This document shows, piece after piece, positions 52,163 through 64,000 of a stretch of DNA of 64,000 bases (its first letter is position 1; each line of letters opens with the position of its first letter). The notes under the pieces were generated by a model. The model did not search any database and was not told the DNA's origin. It worked only from the letters and a program-made list of their open reading frames with translations. The stretch covers positions 91,574,001 to 91,638,000 of the forward strand of contig NC_043000.1 of NCBI RefSeq assembly GCF_006345805.1, written 5' to 3'. This DNA is from Octopus sinensis (Eukaryota). The position numbers and the translations under genes were made by a program.

Positions 52163-53951
52163 TTGACCAACAACTCAAGGGCTTACTAGCGTTGATCAAC
52201 AACTCAAGGGCTTACTAGCATGACCAACAACTCAAGGGCTTACTAGCGATAGTCAAACAATTCAGTGACGACATCAGAATGCAATTCGGCCTCGATAAAT
52301 GTGCAAAGGCTACCTTTATCAAAGGAAAAATGACAGAAACATCTAACGTTAACCTTGACCAACAGAATGTCATAAAAGAACTAGACCCAGCGGAGAGCTA
52401 CAAGTACCTAGGGGTAATTGAAGGGAACAGAATAGGCATTCAGAGATGAAGGAAAGGATCAGGAGAGAATGCTATCGAAGAGTGAGAGCAATACTCAAGA
52501 CAGAGCTGAATGCAAGAAACAGGATCGAGGCGATCAATGCATTAGCCATACCAGTCGTGACTTACAGTTTCAATATTGTTAACTGGTCAATTACTGAAAA
52601 ATGTCAGCTCGACAGAAAAATAAGGAAACTGTTGACAATGCATAGAATGCACCACCTTAAGGCAGATACAGAACGACTCTATCTGCCAAGAAAAGAGGGA
52701 GGCCGTGGTCTTTTGCAACTGGCAATAACAATGAAGATTGCTACAATTGGCCTAGCCACCTACCTAAAAAACTCTGAGGACTGGATGTTAAAACTTGTCT
52801 CAAAACATGAAAACAAGAAAGCATCATACTCAGTAGCAAAAACAGGCAAAGGAATATCTAAGTGAATTCCGAATACAACCAATTTCGGAATTAGAGATAG
52901 ATATACAAGAAACAAGCACAGAAAAAGCTAGGCGCATGAAAACCCGTGCCAAAACTGCGGCCTTAGATATTCTGAAAAATAAATGGCAAGAAAAACCTCT
53001 CTATGGCAAATACCCAAAGAGAGCGAATAATGCAGATATCGAGAAAGCCCTGACCCATCAATGGCTAATGGCCTCTGGCTTAAAATCTGAAACAGAGGGG
53101 TTTATCATAGCAGCTCAAGATCAATGCCTACCAACAAGAAACTGCCAGGCCAACATATTAAAGAATGGCAGTAGCCCAACATGTCGTGTATGCCGACAAC
53201 AAAATGAAACCATTGACCATGTTGTCTCCAAATGCAGTCTTCTAGCGCCTACAGAGTACCTCAGTAGGCATGATAGAGCTGCACAATATATTCACTGGGT
53301 AATTTGCAAAAACCTGGATTTGCCCCATGAAAAAAACTGGTGGGAACACAATCCACCTCCTGTGCTTGAAAATGACCACATCTCACTCCTCTGGAACTTC
53401 ACCATTCAAACTGACAGGAAGATAGATGCAAATAGGCCAGACATTATATTGAAAGACTTCAGAAAAGAACATGCCTCCTCATTGATATGACTGTCCCAAT
53501 CGATATAAACGTATCTGTCAAGACCTACCAAAAACTGAGCAAAATAAAGATCTTGAAATAGAAATCAGCAAAATGTGGAAGCTGAAGACTAAAACAATAC
53601 CTGTTGTCATAGGTGCCCTGGGAATGATAGCAAAAGGGACTGATTGCTACCTAACTCAGATACCAGGAAACCCCAAAATGGCAGAAATTCAAAAGATAGT
53701 GCTCATGGGAACTGCTCATATCCTACGCAAATACTCTCTATGTAATCCCAAGGTTTAAAAGAAAATTTTTCTTTTTTTTTTTCTTTTTTTTTTTATGTAT
53801 TAGACATTCACTAGTACAACACCAAAAAAAAAGGGAAAAAAAAAAAACCCTCCAAATATATGGCACAGAACTTCCAACCTGTTGTCTCTTGAGGTCTCTG
53901 GGTGAGACTTGGAGCCAACTTGTACAGACATAAAGCAAAAGTCAAACATAG
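52163..53951 (+). mobile_element. 5'-truncated R4/Dong-type non-LTR retrotransposon (RT C-terminus, CCHC knuckle, RLE endonuclease, 3' UTR)
   Basis: FSDDIRMQFGLDKCAKAT, YKYLG, RLYLPRKEGGRGLLQL, CRVCRQQNETIDHVVSKC (C-x2-C-x8-H-x4-C), RHD, LLWNFTIQTDRKIDANRPDII and IPVVIGALG. About 4 frameshifts; (AAT)n on both flanks. Confidence 0.95.
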
Positions 53952-54584
53952 AATAATAATAATAATAATAATATTTATTTATTTATTTATTTATGCACCC
54001 TTTTCAAGCCTAGCCAGGCTCATGGGCCCGGTTTCCTGGTTTCTATGGCGTATGTGTTCCGCCCAGCTGGACGGGACGCCAGTCCACTGCTACATTACTC
54101 AAGAAACAGGAAGAAAGAGTGAAAGAAAGTTGGGGTGAAAGAGTACAACAGGGGTCGCCACCACCCCCTGCTGGAGCCTTGTGGAGCTTTAGGTATTTTC
54201 ACTCAAAATACACACACAATGCCTGGTTGGGAATCAAAACACTATCTCCTGACTGCGAGTCTGATGCTCTAACCACTGGGCCATTGCGCCTCCACAATAA
54301 TGATAATAATATCAATAATAATAATAATAACAATAATAATAATAATAATGCTTTTTGCTATAGGCACAAGGCCTGAAATATTGGTAGAGGGGAGCAGTCG
54401 ATTAAACCGACCCCAGTGCGAAACTGGGGCTTAATTTATCAAACCCAAAAGGATGGAAGGCAAAACTGACCTTCATGGAATTTGAACTCAGAATGTAAAG
54501 ATGGATGAAATGCCACTAAACGTTTTGTGCAACAAGCTAATGATTCTGCCAGCTTGCTGCCTTAATTGGTATAATAATAATAAC

Positions 54585-54615
<31 letters not shown>

Positions 54616-56050
54616 TTACTTAATCATGTTCAAATGCATAAGAAGTGCTACATTTTTTGATAAACAAAATCTGATAGAAAGAAGGAAAAAATATTAATCT
54701 GAGAATTGGTGAAAAGTAAGAAGACATGTTGAATCACACACATTACACACAAACTGAATCTTCATAAATATTTAATTAATTCTTACTTATATTGAGTCCT
54801 TAATTGAATCTTTTGATGCCCCTAGGATGCTGTTCCCCTGATAAGACCCGTTTAGTGCCCCCTGTACAGACAACTAATTAAACTTGTGGTTTTATTATCT
54901 CCAACTAGCAAGCTGACCTCACTCTCACATTCTCTTTCTCTCTCTCTTTCTTTATCTCTCTCTCTCTCTCTCTATTCCTCTCTTTCTTGTTTTTACTCTC
55001 TCTAGCATTTATTCTGTTCTGTCGTTCGCTCTCTCAAATCTTATATCTGTACTCTTATCTCTATCTCTTTCCCTCTATTTATGCACACATATCTACCTGT
55101 CTCTAACTATATCTTTCTCCCCAACTTAATTTCCCAATACATTTCATATCCTCGTTACTTGGATGTCAGGCATTTTCCTTGAAATTTATTCCTTCACTGA
55201 TCACCTAAAATCATTATGGCTTGAAGCTTTTGTCAATACATCTCCATCATCACCACACTTTGTGAAAAGACTGCATGTAAATTGCTTCTGTTTGCCAACT
55301 GACCGCTCTGACGGATCAGGCTTGTTCAATAGTGACCATGTCAGTGAATTGATTAAGTTAAATAACTAACCACTCCAATTGTTTCAGTGTATTAATTGCT
55401 CACAAGATATTGCCTTTAGTTTCATATTTTAAAACTCTAAAGTATAGTATTTAGTACAACAACGCACAGCATTAAATCTGTGTTATGTTGTAACTAATGA
55501 AAGAGGAAAGGAATTGGTGTTAAGGATAATGGCACAAACACTGACTCAGCTACTACCCTTTAGTCATAGCAGCTTTCTGAGCCAAGTTAACACCCTTAGC
55601 TTTCTTTACATTGTTAACTCATATCTATTTCTTATCATAGTGTATTGTATAACAAGGCAGCATTGTGATGAGTATCATAGAGTAATAAGCAAGCTCTTGG
55701 CATAGCTAGATCTACTGTCCTGTTTCAAAAGCTGATGAAAATATTTCAGTTTCCTTATGGCATTAAGCACATGTATAAGTTATAAGTTTGTCTTTCAATT
55801 TCTACCTCCTCTGTAACATAGGACATGTTTAAAGAGATCCATATACATTAATGGTTGTGTGGTTTAGAAGCTTCCTTGTCACTCACATAGCTTGGGGTTC
55901 AGTCTTGCTGCATGCTACAATGGGCAAGTGTCACCTGCTCTAGGCCAAGGATGACTAAAGCCTTATCAGAAGATTTCTTGGACAGAAATGGAAAAACATC
56001 ATCATATGTGTATGTGTGCATGCATGTATGTATGTCTATCTATATTTATA

Positions 56051-56213
56051 AATATTATATTACGTACATATTAGAGGGATGACCACTAAGTGGGCTTAGT
56101 GGTCATCCCTCTTGTATGTATATAATATAATTTTTCTGAATCTTTAGATTTTTTCAATATGCTAGTTTAAATGATATTAATCAAATTAATATTCAGTTTT
56201 TTACCCTTATTAG
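56051..56213 (-). mobile_element. TA-associated hairpin element, same head family as 49446-49718
   Basis: Perfect 18-bp stem AGAGGGATGACCACTAAG / CTTAGTGGTCATCCCTCT (56073-56112) with a 4-nt loop. The minus-strand head is AATAAGGGTAAAAAACTG...CTAGCATATTGAAAAAATCTAAAGATT. Confidence 0.7.
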
Positions 56214-56251
<38 letters not shown>

Positions 56252-56635
56252 CTTTGAAAGCATTATTAAATTGATGTTTGGAACGTAAATTAATGTGAAA
56301 TCTTAATGGGAGATTTGAACTTTGATCAATATAAAACATGAAGTGTGCTTCTTAAATCCAGGAGCAGTCTAAGGTATTTTGATATGAAAAAGGCTAAAAG
56401 AGCAGCTTTTACATATTTCCAAGTTTCCAATTAACAATATCCAAGCTTACTTGTATAATGAACGTACAGCATTCATTCTACTGTAAGCAAAAATGCCAGA
56501 GACTTGCCTTGAAAAAAAACACTGGAATGTTTACTTGTTAACTGTATCGTTCTCTGATTGTAAGAAGGTATTACTGGAAAACATTATTTCCCAGTGGAAC
56601 CTATAGAACTTATAGTAGTATATATACATATATAC

Positions 56636-56681
<46 letters not shown>

Positions 56682-57355
56682 GAAATTTAGAGAAAGACAA
56701 AAGACAAAGACAGGTGTATGAACAACTAGCAAATGTATTAGTTTGACACTCAGGATATATATACATACATGCATAAATACACAAATAATAAATAAGCATG
56801 GTCAATGATGAAACTCCCACAGTAGCAGCTCACTTATTGCATGACAGCCAGATATTGTCTGGTGGTATAGATATTCCACTTGACTGCAATAACCTTCAAG
56901 CTACTTATCAAGAACTTCTCCATTTGGTCAGTTATCCAGTGATCTGTTGTCAATGTTCTCTTTGTATTCCTGACACAAGAAGCTAAAGGGTTGCTAGCAC
57001 TTGCCTAAGGTACCGCCTCAGTCTGCAGATGGAAGGGGAAACTTATTCTCCCTTTTTATGACCTGCCGTCAATATGGATGTCATATTGTACCATAGAATT
57101 TTATATAAAAAGGTTAAAGAATTCCTTTGGTCATGAATGATCATGGGATTGCACCTAGAAAGTTACTTGCTGAAGCACAAGTCCAGACAAGGTCGTTTAC
57201 AGGTGATCAAGTGTTGCTGATGCATACCAGCCTCTTCTTTCCATGCCACCAATGTTATCGAAGGGCAAGGCAAAGAATGATACAGCTTGGCATCAATGGT
57301 ATTGCAATTTATTTCTGCAGCTCAGTTCATTTTTAGAGAGTTCACTACTATCAAT

Positions 57356-57500
57356 TCACCATGAGGAAATTTCACCACAAAGTTTACCATGAAAATTTAC
57401 CAAAGTTACCATGAAAGTTACCATGAAAATTTACCAAAGTTACCATGAAAATTTACCAAAGTTACCATGAAAATTTCACCACAAAGTTTACCATGAAAAT
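57356..57500 (+). repeat. Minisatellite of AAAGTTACCATGAAAATTTACC-like units
   Basis: ACCATGAAA is reiterated about 6 times, with 12-26-bp spacing. Confidence 0.85.
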
Positions 57501-59031
57501 ATATTCATTAATAATTAAAAATTATTGAAAAATACCCAGTGAACTGATTACAGGGAACTTACCCTGCAGAGAATTGATGACAGTAAACTTACCAGACATG
57601 CATTGATTGTCATAATTTATGGAAGTGCTAAATTTTTGTTAGAAAACATCCCAAATCCTTTTAATTGAAGACCGATTGCTTTGAATATAAAATCTTAGAA
57701 GGATATGCTTCCAAAATTATAGATGGTAAGGAATATGATTTTGACAATAAACTGTGATTGAAATTCGTTGTTATTTCAGCAAACCTTATGCCCTCTGACC
57801 AGGGCTATACAAGAAACAACAACAGAAAGAACATGAGTCAAACCCCAAAGAAATACAGACAAAATATCAAGAGGGTTTGACTAATATATATGATGTTATG
57901 TCATACATAATACAAATATTATATAAGGAAGTTGGGGGTGAAGGAGGAATTGGGGAGTGGAAAGAAATGGGGAATAGATAAATTGAATATTAAATGGAAT
58001 ATTAATAATAAGAGATGGAGAACTTTCAAATAAGGTTGGTATAGGAGGTGGAATTGTAAAAACCATCTTTGACAGAATCAGTATTGAGAAAGGAAAAAAA
58101 AAAAGCCATTGAAATTTGTGGTCGGAATTAAACAGATTTTATTCTTGTTTATTCCTTTTTTTTTTGTTAATGTATTGATTTTTATAGTAGTTGTAGCAGT
58201 AGTTGTTGAGCTTGTTATTATTGTTGTAGTCCCATTGATGTAGAGATTAATCATGAAGCTGGAAGCCAAAACAAATGAGGTGTCCTTTCTTCCGAGATAG
58301 ACAACACACATTTGACAGTTCTGTACGCAATCAAAATATATCAATGATATATATGCCAGTATACACACAAATAAATACATCTACACAAATAAACACACAC
58401 ATACACACCCATGTTATTTACAAATATGCATATATATATATTTATATACTTAGGTAATCTTTGTTTACATAATGTACAAGCATGCATTTTGGTATATCTG
58501 CATGCATGTATGTATATACATGTATTTATGAGTGTGTGTGTGAATGTTTGTGCATGAGTGTGTGTGTGTGTGCCTGTGTATGTCTGTGTGAATATGTGGT
58601 TGTGTGTCATGAGACAACTAAACAAGTGGTAGGTGTGTATATCTACGTCAATGCTTACTCAGAGATAAATTTTGCATAGAGGAAAATTAGTTACACATGT
58701 AACAAGTGATGTATATCTATATCTATATCTATGTCCATATATATCTCTTTATATCTAAATACACACATACATATGCATATATGTGTGTGTGTAAATATAT
58801 ATATATATATATGTATGTATATATATATATATAAATATATATATATCGATATTTATACATATATATGTACATAAGTATATATTTATGTGTGTGTATATAT
58901 ATATACATACATATATATGTATGTATGTGTATACACAAACACACATATATATTTGTATATAAGTATATATATATATATATGCATATGTATGGTATGTAAT
59001 ATCTATATACTTATGTGTAAATGTGTGAATA

Positions 59032-59091
<60 letters not shown>

Positions 59092-60118
59092 ATATATATA
59101 TAATATATATATATATAAATATATACACATACAGACAGCAGCAAGAATATTGTACATATATAAACATAAATGCATATGGAGATAAATTGAAAACATTTAG
59201 ATAACAATATGTATGTATGGTATTGATTTGAATACATGTTTAATACATGTTTGTGTGTGTCTGTGTGTAGGTGAGTGGGGGTGTACACACACATTGAAAA
59301 ATATCAATATGAACATCTGAGACTACATAAATATATACATATATACATATATATATATATATAGATATCTATGTTTACATATACCTATATATTATACATA
59401 TACACATGCTTGTAAAAATATAAGAATATATATCTTAGTATTAGGAGGAAAAGTCTTGTAAGTTAAGTATTTCTCTTCGATTCGATAATATTCAGAAGGA
59501 ACACATGTTAAATACGATTTTCATAACTCTTTAGTTTCTCAACAAAAAGATTACTAAATAGATATTTTATCTTTTATCAAAAAGCCACCGTTTCAAAAGA
59601 GCTTGCTTACTTCCATCACAGACACAGCTAATGCCTCAGGAATTTTCCTAATGTTCTGATCTGGGCTTTTTTTTTTTCTCTTTTATTCAGTCAAATCCAG
59701 ATGTTTTGCATGTTTATTAATGCATTTTCAGGTATATATACGTGTGAATATGCTTGTATGTGTGTGTAAGGTTTGGTATGTGGTAGAAGTGGAAATTTTT
59801 TTTTGTTTTTGTTTGGCACTGTAAAATGCACAATGTTAGAAGTTCAATATCACTAAACCGATATTTCTATATCTATAGCTGTTCATATAACTCCTTCTCA
59901 CCTACACTCTACATCTTTCTCACCCTCTCGCTCTCCCTCTCTATTTTTTGTCCGTCTCTCTCTCTATTTCTTTCTCTATCTCTCTTTATCTGTCTATCTG
60001 TGTCTGTCTCTGTGTTTATGCATCTATCCATCATTCTGTCTATTGGGCTACCTGTGTGTTTTTCTGTCTGTCTGTCTGTTTGTCATTCTGTCTGATGGGC
60101 TGTCTGTTTGTGTGTTTG

Positions 60119-60172
<54 letters not shown>

Positions 60173-60560
60173 ATTTGGCTAATAAAGAAACATATCTATC
60201 AGTCTGTGGGTCTGTCTGTCTATCTGCCAGTCAGTCTGTCTGTTCATCATTCTGTCTTTTGGGATGCCTGTTTGTATTTGCCTTCCTATCTATACCGGGT
60301 GAAATGCATAGTCGTATTTCGTCTGGCGTTACGTTCCAAATTTAAATTCTGCTGAAGTCGACTTTGCATTTCATCCCTTCGGGGTTGATAAATTAAGTAC
60401 CAGTTACACACTGGGGTCAATATAACCGACTTAATCCGTTTGTCTGTCCTTGTTTGTCCCCTCTGTGTTTAACCCCTTGTGGGTAGTAAAGAAATATATA
60501 CCTATCTATCTATTTATCTATCTATCTACCTATCTACCAATCTACCTATCTATCTATCTG

Positions 60561-60620
<60 letters not shown>

Positions 60621-60840
60621 CGTACATACATATATTTACAAGCAGAAAAATAGGTAGATGGATGAATGAATGAATAGATGGATGGAAAAAAGGATGGATG
60701 GATGGATGGATGGTTGGATGGATAGATGAATAAATAGGGAAGTAAACAGGTTGTTAAAAAAGATTTATTGGGAAATAGATGTGTAAATAACCATTAATAC
60801 AAACAATCTTACACATAACACACACATGCATACACAATTA

Positions 60841-62427
60841 CAAGGTGCATCGGTTTTTGTGAGGTCATTTGCATAGATTTAGGAAAAGATGCGTAACTCA
60901 TCAAAAAAAGGCTGTATTTGGAAAAGGATTGGTGGAAATTATCTTGAGAATTTTTTAATCACTTCTATTTAATGAATCCATTGTTAGCATTGATGACTGC
61001 TTCAGTAAGGAGCCAGAAGCAGTGACAAGCCTGAATCAGATGATCTTTATCAATTTTAGACATAGTGCTGGTTATGGTGGACTTGGGAGATTATATGATG
61101 TTATGAGGGTGCTGGTGGAGGCACAATGGCTCAGTGGTTAGGGCAGCGGACTTGTGGTTGGAGGATCACGGTTTTGATTCCCAGACTGGGCATTGTGTGT
61201 GTTTATTGAGCGAAAACACCTAAAAAATCTCCACAAGGCTCCGGCAGGGATGGTGGCGACCTCTGTTGTACTTTTTCACCATAACTTTTTCTCACTCTCT
61301 CTTCCTGTTTCTTGAGTAATGCTGCGATGGACTGGCACCCCATCCAGCTGGGGGGAACACATACACCACAGAAACCGGGAAACTAGGCCCATGAGTCTGG
61401 CTAGGCTTGAAAAGGGTGCCAAAAAAAAAAAAGAAAGAGATGAGGGTGCTGACTGGCCTCTTTCTTGACTATCCCCCATACGTAATAGTCACATGGATCG
61501 AGATCTGGGGAGCTATGTGGCCATGTGTCTGGGATAACATGATCATGGCAATTGGCCCGCACCAATACTTGGGTTGACATAACTTTATGAGATTATGCAG
61601 AGTTGTTGGAAGATGTACAGTCTTCTACTGCATACTCCGTATATCTAGAGACTCACAACTTTCTTCAACACCTCTGTATAGACAGCAGCATTGATCCTTA
61701 AGAAATGTAAAACAATGTGAAGAGGCATAACATCTCTCACATTGCTGATGGCGCTCAGAATCATTACAGTTGCTGGTAACTAAGTATGCATGATGTAGAA
61801 TCACATTTGGGTCTCTACATAGCCATCTATCATTCCTGTGGTTTACCCTTTGGTCCTGATCAAAGTTTATCACCTTGAAGAAAAACCAAGCTTCTCACTG
61901 TTTTAACTTGTATAGCAAGTGCTTCGCAAGGATTGAATGATTCTTTCTTGTCACATCCAACATAAACTGACCTTTCCATATCACATACGACTTGTACCAG
62001 AAGTCTGCATGCACAACTTTTTTTATGTGTTGCATTCTAAAACTTCAAGGTTGTTTTGCAGTGGCTCTATTTGATTTTGCCTGGTTTGTATAGATTATTT
62101 CTTGGGCTTATTGTCCAATTTCGTGTGTTCTGATGGCATAATGACCCAATGCATGCATTTTGCCTTTAGCTGCTCATGTTGGATCCCATCAGCAACTTCC
62201 AATTCCTCTCTGATTTTGACACCAAAGGATTAGACAACTTTCAGGAAGCAAGCTATCTCTGCATCACTATGCTGTGCTTTTCAGGCAATGATTACAGCAT
62301 ACCTTTTTATTTGCTGGGTCAACCTGGTATCTGAAGGTATTTATCTGGAATCTAAGGAGAAAATAAAGAAGTTAAAAGAAAAGTAGCACCTTTGATTGAG
62401 TTGTCCTCATAAAACTGAAGCAACCAG
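60841..62427 (-). mobile_element. Full-length but degenerate DD37D (maT-like) Tc1/mariner-superfamily transposon
   Basis: Degenerate TIRs (TA|CAAGGTGCATCGGTTTTTGTGAGG; CCTCATAAAACTGAAGCAACCAG|TA). Minus-strand remnants NFDQDQRVNHRNDRWLC and FQQ[D]SA...WPHSSPDLDPCDYYVWGIV, with 37 residues between the restored second D and the third D. Confidence 0.85.
61115..61439 (+). mobile_element. tRNA-derived SINE family C with 12-bp TSD, inside the DD37D transposase
   Basis: ATGAGGGTGCTG at 61103-61114 and 61440-61451. A-box TGGCTCAGTGG, B-box-like GGTTTTGATTCC and an A-rich tail. Confidence 0.9.
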
Positions 62428-63562
62428 TATGTATATAATATATATATACTAGTAAGGAGTAAATATTCAGACTTGAATATTTATATAGATATTATTATTG
62501 TTATCATTATCTGCAATAAATATAAATAATAGATAACAACAACAATAATATAGGTGATTGTAGGCTTTAAACATATATATATATATATCTATATATATAT
62601 ATATATTATATATATATATATATATATATGCATGTACGTATATAAACAGTCATATGCATGTATGTATATAAACATTCATATACATGTATATATATAAACA
62701 TGCATATACAGGTATGTATATATATGTCTGTTCTTATCACTCACTATCTACCCATCAGTTAATATGTGTTAATGTGAGTATGCATACATACACATGCATA
62801 TGTGTGTGTGTATCTGTATGTGTTTGCAGATCAGTATTGCATCAGAGAATGTGTGGGAATATATTTTGAGAGGTAGTCTAAGAGGTAGTGGTACAACCAG
62901 AAATCTGTGGGACAGGAGCAGAGAGAAAGAGAGTGAGAGTGAGAGAGAGAGAGGAAGAGAAAAAGGGAAGGGGAGAGAGATAGAGTGAGAGGGGAAAAGA
63001 AAAAGAGAGAGACTACAGTGTGAGACAGAGACAGAGGGAGAAAAAGAAAGAGTGAAAGAATGTGGCACAGTACCAGGAAGAAGAATTGATAAAGACTAAG
63101 ATAGATTAAAATTCTAAAAGATATATGGAGTAAAGAGAAGGGAAGCATTAGAAATGTGTCCAAAGAAAAAGAAACGGAATAAAGGACAAAAAGATGGATT
63201 GAAGAGAAAGTGAAGAAAAGGAGAATAGATGTAACTATTGAAAAGCAAGATTACTAGGAAATGTCTTAAAACCATTCCTTTCAGTCTGTGGTTTTGTATC
63301 CCTCAACCATTCCAGTCCGGTTAATGACTCACAAGTAATATATAAAAAAAAATGATAGGGAATAATAATTAATAAAAGAAAAAGAGAACCCTGATACAAA
63401 CAATATTTACACTAACAAAAGTTATAATAACGATGATAGTAATAGTATTATTACCAATAAAACTAGAAAGGCAGATAAAAATTGTTTAGATAAGAAAAGT
63501 ATATGAATATATATATATGTGTATGTGCGTATGTGCCTGTGTTTGTATGTGTGAGTGTTTGT

Positions 63563-63607
<45 letters not shown>

Positions 63608-63880
63608 AACACTCACACAAACATGCATATACATAGCTGCATATATGTATGTATATATACATATACATACTATGATCATATATACAAATACACACATATA
63701 TTTATATATATATCATGCTATATATATAATATATATACATATATATCATATACATATGCTAATATATATATTATATATATGGTATATATATATCATATAT
63801 ATATATTATATATATGCTATATATATAATATATATATATATATAATATATATATATAATATAATATAATATATATATAAT

Positions 63881-63929
<49 letters not shown>

Positions 63930-64000
63930 GCTATTTATATTTATATGCAAATATACTCACACATACACACTCACACATATATACACATAGTAAAGTTACC

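Noticed and set aside
55163-55369. 68-aa ORF in unique sequence
   Set aside because: No recognisable motif. A similar-length frame is open on the opposite strand, so it is uninformative.
57356-57500. CRISPR-like array
   Set aside because: No spacers; irregular short units typical of a minisatellite.
61115-61185. tRNA gene
   Set aside because: A- and B-box-like motifs are the head of a multi-copy SINE with tail and TSD. No complete cloverleaf is evident.
1903-63868. The large majority of ORF-track entries (YI/IY, CV/HT, poly-I/N/L/D/H, LS, poly-E)
   Set aside because: They are translations of (TA)n, (CA)n, (AAT)n, (GAT)n, (CT)n, (TCTA)n and GA-rich tracts, with no coding evidence.

Overview
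Eukaryotic, AT-rich, microsatellite-saturated non-coding DNA. The SINE families, (TA)/(CA)/(AAT)/(GAT) tracts and transposon mix suggest an octopus (cephalopod) genome; this is inference from repeat style, not a database hit. No intact protein-coding gene, rRNA, true tRNA or CRISPR array is supported. Most ORF-track entries are microsatellite translations. The real coding remnants are all from transposons: several R4/Dong-type RLE non-LTR retrotransposons sitting in (AAT)n tracts (best copy 52.16-53.95 kb), CR1/L2-group and RTE 3' ends, and Tc1, mariner and DD37D (maT-like) transposases. There are also hAT and Tc1/mariner MITEs and many tRNA-derived SINEs, several with clear TSDs. Most interesting: (1) two tandem ~330-bp units at 48.1-48.8 kb, each carrying a degenerate type-I hammerhead ribozyme fold (retrozyme or Penelope pLTR-like); (2) three short TA-embedded elements with an ~80-nt head plus a perfect hairpin whose sequence differs per copy; (3) a mariner derivative made of two left halves head-to-head, inserted as one unit in the catalytic motif of a LINE RT; (4) several low-confidence minus-strand exon candidates, suggesting the window may be intronic to an unidentified gene.
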